Part shown: positions 1 to 7,843 of the stretch, in pieces
How positions within the stretch are numbered: position 1 is the stretch's first letter
Layout of the letters: every line of letters starts with the position of its first letter
Origin: Candidatus Zhuqueibacterota bacterium
GTDB lineage: Bacteria > BS750m-G25
Direction of reading: 5' to 3'
Length of the DNA: 60,160 nt
NCBI GenBank assembly: GCA_016783505.1
Contig: JADHWK010000011.1
Location: forward strand, 1-60,160
Notes under the pieces: generated by a model
Database searches by the model: none
What the model was told of the DNA's origin: nothing
Seen by the model: only the letters and a program-made list of their open reading frames with translations
Program-made: the position numbers and the translations under genes

Positions 1-315
1 GTTCCCCAGGCCATCCTGGCAGCCAAGGCCGGGGCCACCTTTGCCAGTCCCTTCGTGGGTCGGTTGGATGACATCAGCCACGTAGGGATGGACCTGGTGC
101 GGGAGATCGTGACCGTCTACGAAAACTATGGATTTGCTACCGAGGTGATCGTGGCCAGTATCCGCAACCCCCTGCATGTGGTGGACGCCGCATTAGCTGG
201 GGCCCATATCGCTACTATCCCCTTTAAGGTGATCGAGATAATCATCAAACACCCCCTTACCGATAGGGGGATCCAAAAATTTCTGGCGGATTGGGAAAAG
301 ATGAGGCCAATCTAA
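1..315 (+). CDS. tal: Transaldolase / fructose-6-phosphate aldolase family, 5'-truncated by the window edge
   Basis: The frame is open from base 1: [22 protein letters not shown]...[10 protein letters not shown]...[15 protein letters not shown], typical of the TalC/FSA C-terminal half. Confidence 0.93.
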   Translation, partial: VPQAILAAKAGATFASPFVGRLDDISHVGMDLVREIVTVYENYGFATEVIVASIRNPLHVVDAALAGAHIATIPFKVIEIIIKHPLTDRGIQKFLADWEKMRPI

Positions 316-384
316 CACGGCAAAGCAGCAATTAGTACACACTTAATGAGCTTTGAAGATAAAAATTTTAATTGCTAAAGTAAT

Positions 385-523
385 AATGGAACGATGGAAG
401 AATGGAATTATGGATAAAGGGATAAGTGGATAAATGGATTTATGGAGTGATGGATTGATGAGGCTGCTGAATATTAGCGGGTAAAAAAATTTTCCAATAA
501 TCCAACTATCCAATAATCCATTT
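385..523. repeat. Degenerate 8-bp tandem repeat array followed by its inverted complement
   Basis: About nine units AATGGAAC/GATGGAAG/AATGGAAT/TATGGATA... at 385-460, then TTCCAATA ATCCAACT ATCCAATA ATCCATTT at 492-523. Confidence 0.8.
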
Positions 524-611
524 ATATGAGTGTTAGAATTGCAGAGACATTATACTTTACTGACACATATGACCTATATATAATTGTCAATACTTAAGTG
601 GGAGAGTCCCC

Positions 612-842
612 ATGAATGAAGATTTTGAATGGATCCGAACCCATATAGAAGAGTTGGTGGAGAAGTATGCGGGAAACTATGTGGCGGTGGTCGAAAAAAG
701 AGTAGTGGTTGTCAATAAATCAGGCAAGCTCGCTGAGGATAAAGCATTGACTCAGCTTCCAGGCAAAGAACCCTTGGTTTTTCCGGTTCCCAAAAAAGAG
801 GATTTCAATTGTCTGCTATCGTTTTTCCCTATTCGACCCTGA
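612..842 (+). CDS. DUF5678-like small protein
   Basis: 76 aa, EDFEWIRTHIEELVEKYAGNYVAVVEKRVV pattern; SD GGAGAG; overlaps the downstream protease gene. Confidence 0.75.
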   Translation: MNEDFEWIRTHIEELVEKYAGNYVAVVEKRVVVVNKSGKLAEDKALTQLPGKEPLVFPVPKKEDFNCLLSFFPIRP

Positions 843-1219
843 AGGATCGTAAAGTTCCTATCGTTCCGATAAATATTTTTGGGAATGGAAGATGGCATTA
901 TTGCTTGGCCTTTGTAGATTCTGGTGCCACTTTCAGCATTTTTAAAAAAGACGAAGCCCAGGGATTGGGCTTGGAATTTGACTCCGGCACTGAGATCTGG
1001 GTTGTAGTAGGTGGCGGAAGTTACATCCCTGTTTACATTCACCGGCTGAAAGTGATGATCGGCGAGGAAGAAATCGAAGCGGACATCGGTTTTTCTGATA
1101 GGTTGGGGGTCGGGTTTAATCTTCTGGGGAGAAAAAATATTTTTGATTGTTTCAGAGTGTGTTTCAACGACAAAGAAGGGATTGTCAGCTTCGAGGCAAA
1201 TAATAGGCAGAACAGTTGA
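809..1219 (+). CDS. Retropepsin-like (clan AA) aspartyl protease
   Basis: AFVDSGATFS catalytic motif and C-terminal NLLGR motif. Confidence 0.85.
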   Translation: MSAIVFPYSTLKDRKVPIVPINIFGNGRWHYCLAFVDSGATFSIFKKDEAQGLGLEFDSGTEIWVVVGGGSYIPVYIHRLKVMIGEEEIEADIGFSDRLGVGFNLLGRKNIFDCFRVCFNDKEGIVSFEANNRQNS

Positions 1220-1619
1220 AAAGGTGAGTGTTCAAAATTACGGGGATGTATTGAAGGCTGCTGATGGTCTCATCACCGAGGATCAGATCCGCACCGTCGA
1301 GGCGGATGCGGTTGTGGATACGGGAGCTACTTATCTCTGTTTACCTCCCAAGGTCATTAAGAAGCTGGGACTGTTATTTCATACTGATGTAACGGTTAAG
1401 ACTGCCAATGGGGATGCTTATCAAAGGCTGTTTCTCGGTGCAAAGGCCGAAATCCAAGGACGCAGTGCCCTCGTTACCGTAATGGAAAACGATTTGAAAA
1501 CACCACCCCTGATTGGGTATATTATTTTAGAAGAGTTAGATTTGGTGGTTGACCCCCGAACGAAGACCATTATTCCTAATCCCACCCACGAAGGGAAGTG
1601 GACTGCGGATTTGTATTAA
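1203..1619 (+). CDS. Clan AA aspartic protease (AF_0612-like); start uncertain, possibly ATA at 1203
   Basis: AVVDTGATYL and PLIGYIILEELDLVVDP motifs; GAGG at 1193-1196 precedes in-frame ATA-GGC-AGA (GRTVEKV). The ORF track extends it to 1143. Confidence 0.8.
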   Translation: MGRTVEKVSVQNYGDVLKAADGLITEDQIRTVEADAVVDTGATYLCLPPKVIKKLGLLFHTDVTVKTANGDAYQRLFLGAKAEIQGRSALVTVMENDLKTPPLIGYIILEELDLVVDPRTKTIIPNPTHEGKWTADLY

Positions 1620-1646
1620 TCATTAGACATAGTTGTTAGGAAAGAT

Positions 1647-2831
1647 ATGAAATCTTCTGCATTATTGAAGTATTTCATAATCGGCTTTGCCGTCGGTTTA
1701 GCGGGCATTCTCCTGTTTAAGGGATTGCCATATCGGGAAGGGGGGGAAAGTCCGGTAAGGCAGCCCCTGTTGGTGAAAAATATTGCTGCCCAGGAGATAC
1801 AGGACGAGATTACAGCTTCCCGTCAAAACGCCATCACCCGGGCGGTAAAGAAGGCGGGACCAGCCGTGGTGGGGATCAACGTCACCCAGGTGAGGGAATA
1901 CCGGGCCCGGAATCCCTTCTTCAATGATCCCTTTTTTCGGGACTTCTTTCCTCCCCTGATTTATCGTCAGCCCATCAAAAGTCTGGGCTCCGGGCTTCTG
2001 ATCTCCGATGACGGCTACATCCTGACCAATGAACACGTGGTCCACAATGCGGTGGAAATCATCGTCACCCTCACCGACGGGGAACAATATGATGCGGAGC
2101 CGGTGGGGGCGGATTTTAACTCCGACATCGCCCTGTTGAAAATAGAAGGTAATGATTTTCATTCTCTCAAATTTGGCAATTCGGACGATATTATCATCGG
2201 GGAGTGGGTGATCGCCATCGGTAATCCCTACGGATTGTTTTCTATCAATAATGAACCCACGGTAACCGTGGGGGTGGTGAGCGCCGTGAACCGGGATTTT
2301 GGCAAATTACAGAATCGGCGGGTGTATAAGGATATGATCCAGACCGACGCCTCCATCAATCCGGGTAATTCGGGAGGACCCCTGATCAATTCGCTGGGCG
2401 AGGTCATCGGGATGAACACCATGATCTATTCGGAGAGCGGGGGCTCCATCGGGCTGGGGTTTGCCATTCCCATCAATTACGTCAAAGAGATCGTGGATGA
2501 TCTGAGGGAACGGGGCGGGGTAAACCGGAATTACTGGACGGGTTTAAGCATTCAGGACGTGGACCGGCTGATCGCCTGGAGCCTGGGGCTTAAGTCCACC
2601 AAAGGGGTGATTGTCACCGACGTGGAAAAGGGCAGCCCGGCCGAAAAGGTGGGGGTTGAAGTAGCCGACGTGATCCTGGAAATGAATGGGATCGAGATCA
2701 ATAATGATCGGGATGTCCGTGAACTCCTCCAGAATAGCGACCTTAAGGTAGGGGATAAGCTGGAACTTAAAATCTTCCGTGATGGGAAAATCCTCAAGAA
2801 GAAAGTCAAATTGGAGGCGGTGGGGGGATAA
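1647..2831 (+). CDS. degP: HtrA/DegP-family serine protease with one PDZ domain
   Basis: N-terminal TM segment, LTNEHV, SDIALL and INPGNSGGPL triad motifs, C-terminal PDZ (GSPAEKVG). Confidence 0.93.
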   Translation: MKSSALLKYFIIGFAVGLAGILLFKGLPYREGGESPVRQPLLVKNIAAQEIQDEITASRQNAITRAVKKAGPAVVGINVTQVREYRARNPFFNDPFFRDFFPPLIYRQPIKSLGSGLLISDDGYILTNEHVVHNAVEIIVTLTDGEQYDAEPVGADFNSDIALLKIEGNDFHSLKFGNSDDIIIGEWVIAIGNPYGLFSINNEPTVTVGVVSAVNRDFGKLQNRRVYKDMIQTDASINPGNSGGPLINSLGEVIGMNTMIYSESGGSIGLGFAIPINYVKEIVDDLRERGGVNRNYWTGLSIQDVDRLIAWSLGLKSTKGVIVTDVEKGSPAEKVGVEVADVILEMNGIEINNDRDVRELLQNSDLKVGDKLELKIFRDGKILKKKVKLEAVGG

Positions 2832-2865
2832 TTAGAACATAAATTTTTGAACTGAGGGGGCAGTT

Positions 2866-3193
2866 ATGTCTCCTTTTAGCCAAAATTATACTGTTAAAAA
2901 GAAATCCAAAATTCTTGACCAGATACATTCCGCCATTCGAACCAGGCATTACAGCCTCCGTACTGAAGAAGCTTATGTTAACTGGATCAAAAGATTTATC
3001 CTTTTTCACAAGAAACGGCACCCTCTTGAAATGAGTGAGAAAGAAATAAATCAGTTTTTAACCTACCTTGCGGCATTCATTTGCGACACATCTGTTAGAA
3101 GCTGGATATGATATTCGAACTGTACAAGAATTATTAGGTCACAAAAATCTGGCAACAACGATGATTTATACGCATGTTCTGAATATAGGCTAG
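2866..3193 (+). pseudogene. intI: Integron integrase with a large internal deletion and frameshift
   Basis: N-terminal LDQIHSAIRTRHYSLRTEEAYVNWIKRFILFHKKRHP...FLTYLA is fused out of frame to C-terminal [39 protein letters not shown] (RHSF onward at 3071-3193). The central catalytic region is missing. Confidence 0.95.
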
Positions 3194-3312
3194 TTATTTA
3201 GATTTAACCGCTTGTTATTTAGAATCTATAACCACCAAAATACAAATGAGCTTATCCATCTCATCAAGATGGTTTTGCTGATTTCATTGGAATGGATATA
3301 CTTAGGTTGGGC
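3185..3312 (+). other. attI-like recombination site, copy 1
   Basis: Directly 3' of intI; ends GGATATACTTAG-GTTGGGC (GTT at 3306); 124-bp ungapped repeat of 5422-5545. Confidence 0.75.
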
Positions 3313-3419
3313 GGATGAAATGACATATATTGCGTACACCTAGTTAGACGAAAAGATTGGCTAAATGGAGGACGGATTGAGACGGAGTTTATAGACAATA
3401 GAAAAGGCGAAGTTAAAAG

Positions 3420-3575
3420 GTGACAGCTAATACAAGACAGACACTCACGATCGAAATGATGATAATGACGATGTTGTTGTTGATAATGATGATGGTGGTG
3501 GTGAACGGTGACGACGTCAACCATGACAATGCTGAGAACATAGGCAAGATGGCTAAAGGCGACAAATCGATTTGA
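3420..3575 (+). CDS. Possible 51-aa hydrophobic peptide in the cassette 1 leader
   Basis: GTG...TGA frame: MTANTRQTLTIEMMIMTMLLLIMMMVVVNGDDVNHDNAENIGKMAKGDKSI, built on an ATG/TTG/GTG triplet tract; weak RBS. Confidence 0.25.
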   Translation: MTANTRQTLTIEMMIMTMLLLIMMMVVVNGDDVNHDNAENIGKMAKGDKSI

Positions 3576-3600
3576 CACACTAACCAGTTTGGAGAGTCTC

Positions 3601-5109
3601 ATGGAACAAAGCAGTAATAAAAAGAATACACCACGACAATTGATGGAACTTGCAGTGCAAGAGGGCGAACACTCCATCCCTGAGCATCATGACAAAGAAG
3701 ACCCGTTTGTCGGAGCTATTGTAGCAACCAAGGACGGAAAGATTCTGGCGAAGGCTCATCGTGGAGAACTACGTGTTGGTGAACACTGCGAGTTCACGCT
3801 CCTTGAAAGAAAGCTTCGCGATCAGAACCTTTCCGGTTGTGATCTGTATGTAACCATGGAACCCTGTACTGATGAATCCAGAGGACCTGGAAAGCGGGGT
3901 TGTGCAACCCATATTGCCAGCGCTCGCATCGTGACCGTATATATTGGAATAGATGACCCCAATCCTACGATCGCTCGTGAGGGTATTCGATACCTTATCT
4001 CAAAAAATGTGGTGGTGCACCCGTTCGACGCCGACATGCAGGAGAAAATTAGAGAGAGGAATGCTGCTTTCATCAAGGAGAAAGAAGAAGAGGTAAAGAC
4101 TATTGCTTTGAAGGAGGCTGAGGAAGGAAAGAAGACTCTTCTCGAAAGGTCCAAAGCTGATGCATCATTTGCTGGTCTTTCTAATAACACCCTGCAAAAA
4201 TTCGTCGAGCTTTCTAAACTCCCTTATGCGTTCCCGTCGATAGATTTTAATAAGTGGGCAACTGAATATGGATTGCTGGAACAAACGGATGGAACAACTG
4301 AACCTCGGCCCACTGGGCTAGGGAGCATGCTCTTTGGCCAGCGACCTTCAATTTTTTACCCACAAGTCATTTTCAAGACCGAGATCCAATACGGTACGGG
4401 AGAGCCGGAAATACACGACTTTGAGGATCCGCTTGTGCTTCAATGGCCGCAGATTCGTGAGTATCTCTTAAGCAAGGCTTTCAAACTCCCAATAAATAGA
4501 TCAGGTGGGGAACGCATCGAAACTCCTGATTTTCCAATAGACGTAATTCGCGAAGCCGTGGTCAATGCAATTGTTCATCGCGATTACAACATCGAAGGTG
4601 CGACAAACTATCTCTACATTGATCCTGAGAAGATCATTATTCGGAGCCCGGGAGTTGTTGTTCCGCCAATTACACTTGAAGACCTAAGAGAATTCAAGGC
4701 ATCGTGGTACAGTCGCAATCCGAAAATCATGTATGTGTTCAATCAGATGAGGCTTGCTGAACAGCGGGGCAAAGGGATAAGCAGCATGAAGCAATTGCCC
4801 TCGCTTGGATTTCCTCTTCCCACATTTGAGATTCAGGGGGGTAGCCTAGTTGTTACTTTTGCGAGAACTCGAACTGCGGCGGGTAAAGCTGATATATCAG
4901 CACTGGAGTACAAGGAATTGTTGTTCATTCAGGCCTATGAACCGATTACGCGGGCACAATTCGCTAAAGAGTTCAACCTGCCTACCAGGACTGCCCAAAA
5001 CCATCTCGGCCGGCTTATTGACATGGGTGTCATTTCCCCGAAGGGAAAAGGCAAGGCAATAAAGTATTATCATAAAAGGATGAGCGTAATGGATAGCAAT
5101 GAACTCTGA
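3601..5109 (+). CDS. Zn-dependent deaminase (RibD/dCMP-deaminase-like) fused to a HATPase_c_4 (GHKL-like) domain and a C-terminal winged HTH; cassette 1
   Basis: PFVGAIV, GEHCEF (HxE) and VTMEPC...GC motifs; REAVVNAIVHRDY, RSPG, SRNP and EQRGKGI; ITRAQFAKEFNLPTRTAQNHLGRL HTH. SD GGAGAG precedes ATG 3601. Confidence 0.88.
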   Translation: MEQSSNKKNTPRQLMELAVQEGEHSIPEHHDKEDPFVGAIVATKDGKILAKAHRGELRVGEHCEFTLLERKLRDQNLSGCDLYVTMEPCTDESRGPGKRGCATHIASARIVTVYIGIDDPNPTIAREGIRYLISKNVVVHPFDADMQEKIRERNAAFIKEKEEEVKTIALKEAEEGKKTLLERSKADASFAGLSNNTLQKFVELSKLPYAFPSIDFNKWATEYGLLEQTDGTTEPRPTGLGSMLFGQRPSIFYPQVIFKTEIQYGTGEPEIHDFEDPLVLQWPQIREYLLSKAFKLPINRSGGERIETPDFPIDVIREAVVNAIVHRDYNIEGATNYLYIDPEKIIIRSPGVVVPPITLEDLREFKASWYSRNPKIMYVFNQMRLAEQRGKGISSMKQLPSLGFPLPTFEIQGGSLVVTFARTRTAAGKADISALEYKELLFIQAYEPITRAQFAKEFNLPTRTAQNHLGRLIDMGVISPKGKGKAIKYYHKRMSVMDSNEL

Positions 5110-5313
5110 ATCGCACCACAAATCGCACCAACATGGCGCGATTCATGTTTTTTACCTGTTTGGTTAGGATGATCGCGCTATTATGCGAGCCAACATGGCG
5201 CGATTAAGATTACGAAGAAATCTTGCTGGTTCTATTCGTGCCAATCTTCTCCGCCTAACTAAAACGGTAATATGTGCAGAATAGTCAAATATATAGTCTA
5301 AATATTGCCGCCC

Positions 5314-5365
5314 AACCAGGCATTACAGCCTCCGGACTGAAGAAGCTTATGTTAACTGGATCAAA
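5314..5365 (+). pseudogene. intI: Second 52-bp intI fragment fused to the R'' box of the cassette 1 attC
   Basis: 51/52 identical to 2940-2991; shares the AAC of GCCCAAC (5310-5316). Confidence 0.9.
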
Positions 5366-5421
5366 GTAATATCAAGGGGATGAGTTTATCCGTCTGATTC
5401 GGATGGATAAACCAGAGCAAA

Positions 5422-5549
5422 ATAGGCTGGTTATTCATATTTAACTGCTTGTTATTTAAAGGTTATAAACATCAAAATTCAAATGAGTTTATCCATCTCA
5501 TCAAGATGGTTTTGCTGATTTCATTGGGATGGATATACTTAGGTTATGC
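5422..5549 (+). other. attI-like recombination site, copy 2
   Basis: 13 mismatches in 124 bp versus copy 1 (manual count). Identity stops right after GTT (5543-5545), where cassette 2 begins (GTTATGC). Confidence 0.75.
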
Positions 5550-5573
5550 TGAAATCTAATGGGGGGTAAAATT

Positions 5574-6902
5574 ATGAAATCATCATATACAAAATGTCTT
5601 AATTGTAACACAGTGAATTTATCAATAAGCATTTTATGCAGTGTATGTTCAAAACTACTAATTAGGCTTCGTTGGTGGTTTTTTATATTACTATTTATAT
5701 CATTTGCTATCTCTAGTTATCTTAGTGGCCAATTAGGATTAATTTGGTTCGAATATGTATATTTGGAATTATTAGTCATAGGTATAATATTTATCTTGTT
5801 AAGAAATCATACAAAACTTTGGCCTTCTTTATTCTTTTTCTTTTTTTTATCTTTTATCTTAATTCTATTACACAATTATTATGATCAATTTTCTTTTCTA
5901 CCAAAGGTTACTACTTCATTTATTAAATTACTAATTGCTATTTATTTACCTATTGCCTATTGGTTTTCTTTTGTTAGAGCCTGTAAAGAAACTGAGCAGA
6001 GCATAATAAAGAGCTTTTCCGTATTTTCATTAGTAGTTTTTATTCTTTTAAATTTATTAAAATTAATCAATAAATATTTCTTATTAGTCGATGAAAATAT
6101 AATATCTGTAATTACCAAGAGTTTATATTTAAGGGAGATATTTTTAATAATATCGATTCTATTCGCTTCATACATTTCTTTTATCAACGCATTGAAAAGA
6201 AGAATTTCTCAACCACAAGACTTATTTTCAAAAATTACACATGTTCCTGATTTTACTTTTAATCCAGAAGTAAATTGGATTAGTTCATTTTTACCAATCA
6301 TTAAAGTAATATATATAGTCACATCAAAAATTTATATAATAATAATTACATTCATAAAAGAGGTCATCAATATTTTTAAAAGAATAATGGAATATTTAGT
6401 AAAATTTCTAAATAACTTTATTTTAGAATTCATACAACTTACCAATAATTTAATAAAAGTATTTCTTAGAAGTGTGAGATTTTATATTACATTAAATATG
6501 ATACCACTTTTCATGTTATTTCTAATATCAATTGTTAATGTTCGCTTATCTCAAAATATCTTTCTTTTTATTAACTCATCAAACAACATAAGTCACTTAT
6601 TTAATATAATGTTAAAGATATTTTATATTGTATTTCTATCTTTTTTCATGTTATGGTCTATTACTGAATATAATTTTAAAAAGTTTAGGGATAGTTATAT
6701 TTTTTCAGCAACGTTTATAATTTTCACTATTTTTATTGGTTCATTGTTATCATCATATGCTCTATATGTATTCGCAAAATTTCTAGACAATTCTGTTTTT
6801 AAAAGCTTCAATATCTTTTTAGTTACTGGTACTATTTTATTAGGAATATTTTTAGTTTCTATGTTTACTTACAGTAAAATTAAGAAGGAAAAGACGATTT
6901 AA
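5574..6902 (+). CDS. Polytopic membrane protein with an N-terminal Zn ribbon; cassette 2
   Basis: CLNC-x10-CSVC followed by about 10 hydrophobic segments; extremely AT-rich; alternative start at 5559. Confidence 0.8.
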   Translation: MKSSYTKCLNCNTVNLSISILCSVCSKLLIRLRWWFFILLFISFAISSYLSGQLGLIWFEYVYLELLVIGIIFILLRNHTKLWPSLFFFFFLSFILILLHNYYDQFSFLPKVTTSFIKLLIAIYLPIAYWFSFVRACKETEQSIIKSFSVFSLVVFILLNLLKLINKYFLLVDENIISVITKSLYLREIFLIISILFASYISFINALKRRISQPQDLFSKITHVPDFTFNPEVNWISSFLPIIKVIYIVTSKIYIIIITFIKEVINIFKRIMEYLVKFLNNFILEFIQLTNNLIKVFLRSVRFYITLNMIPLFMLFLISIVNVRLSQNIFLFINSSNNISHLFNIMLKIFYIVFLSFFMLWSITEYNFKKFRDSYIFSATFIIFTIFIGSLLSSYALYVFAKFLDNSVFKSFNIFLVTGTILLGIFLVSMFTYSKIKKEKTI

Positions 6903-6919
6903 TAATTCTATAATATTAA

Positions 6920-7106
6920 GCATAACCCAAAAATGCACCGGATGAAAACGCTACCCTCAATTTTCACATTTCAGTTCGGCCAACTCATGTTTCGGGCGTT
7001 GATATTGGTTTTTCTTGTTGGGGTCATTCTTTTCGTTCAGTTGTATATTCGTCCGGTGTTCTGGTAGTTTATCGGTTGGTTTCACCTGTTATGCGAATCG
7101 TTAGGC
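6920..7106 (+). other. attC site (long, 187 bp)
   Basis: R'' GCATAAC at 6920; ATGCACCGGATGAAA pairs imperfectly with TTTCACCTGTTAT; R' GTTAGGC at 7100. Confidence 0.75.
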
Positions 7107-7126
7107 TGAAAAATCGGTAAAACATT

Positions 7127-7843
7127 ATGAATGAAAAAGCACCATCCACACTCACGCTTGATGAAATTGAAGAGATTGAAAAGCTTACGCTTCGTTGGAT
7201 TTTTCAGGCCGTTTTGGACTTTGGGATGGAAGCGCCTGAAATCTTTCTCAAGTCCCCTGATCGTGTAAAAGATATTGCCGAAGATATAACGAGAGAACTG
7301 TTGGATAGATTGCCGGGATATAATGTTCCACAACGTATCTATGGCACTGTGGATTACAAAAAAGCAAGATATATCATTTTGCCGGACCAAACCGTTAGGC
7401 AAACCTTGTTTATCGAGTCTAAAGCGGAAAAAGAACATAGATCAGCAACCATCCAAATGTCGCAACTCTCCATTTGGGTTCGGCAACGACGTTCAGGTAG
7501 TGAGATTAACGAAAAGGGGTTTTTACCGGAAATCTCTGAATACGGGGGGAAGCATTATTTAACAACCACCTCCCTAGTGCATTTTATGTACAAAGACGAA
7601 GGAGGAATGCACCATCTCAAAGAAGTGACCATAGCAGCCGTCCCTAATGGGCTATTACAAGATCGCTATAACCCTACTTGTGAGGACACGATCTGGTTGG
7701 CTGGAAGAAATGCGCCAACACTTGGTGAGGATTTTCGGGTGAGACTGAGTTTCTCAAAACTGAAGCAAAAGGCTTCATGGCGAATTCAAAAAATTATCTA
7801 CGATGAATCTACAGGGGAGTGCACAGGGCAATGGCAGTCGTAA
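7127..7843 (+). CDS. SfiI-family type II restriction endonuclease; cassette 3
   Basis: EKLTLR...DIAEDITRE...GTVDYKKAR...FIESKAEK...QMSQ...GRNAPTLGEDFRVRLSF recalled as the SfiI-family signature; overlaps a methyltransferase gene. Confidence 0.85.
   Translation: MNEKAPSTLTLDEIEEIEKLTLRWIFQAVLDFGMEAPEIFLKSPDRVKDIAEDITRELLDRLPGYNVPQRIYGTVDYKKARYIILPDQTVRQTLFIESKAEKEHRSATIQMSQLSIWVRQRRSGSEINEKGFLPEISEYGGKHYLTTTSLVHFMYKDEGGMHHLKEVTIAAVPNGLLQDRYNPTCEDTIWLAGRNAPTLGEDFRVRLSFSKLKQKASWRIQKIIYDESTGECTGQWQS

Noticed and set aside
2835-2853. GAAC-N10-GAAC upstream of intI as a LexA box
   Set aside because: The spacing fits no LexA box I know.
3264-3677. Minus-strand ORF with a poly-His/Gln tract, suggesting a metal-binding protein
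   Set aside because: It overlaps the attI-like site and the deaminase start; the tract is simply the complement of a TGA/TGG/TTG triplet run.
3601-4080. ribD annotation
   Set aside because: There is no reductase domain and no rib operon; the domain is fused to GHKL-wHTH inside a cassette.
5107-5206. TGA followed by in-frame IAPQIAPT and repeats (AATCGCACCA x2, CCAACATGGCGCGATT x2): possible Sec readthrough or mini-CRISPR
   Set aside because: There is no SECIS-like hairpin or redox context, only two short copies of each repeat, and no cas genes.
7088-7094. GTTATGC as an alternative R' for the cassette 2 attC
   Set aside because: The L-arm spacing and the match to the next cassette's ACCTAAC favour GTTAGGC at 7100.
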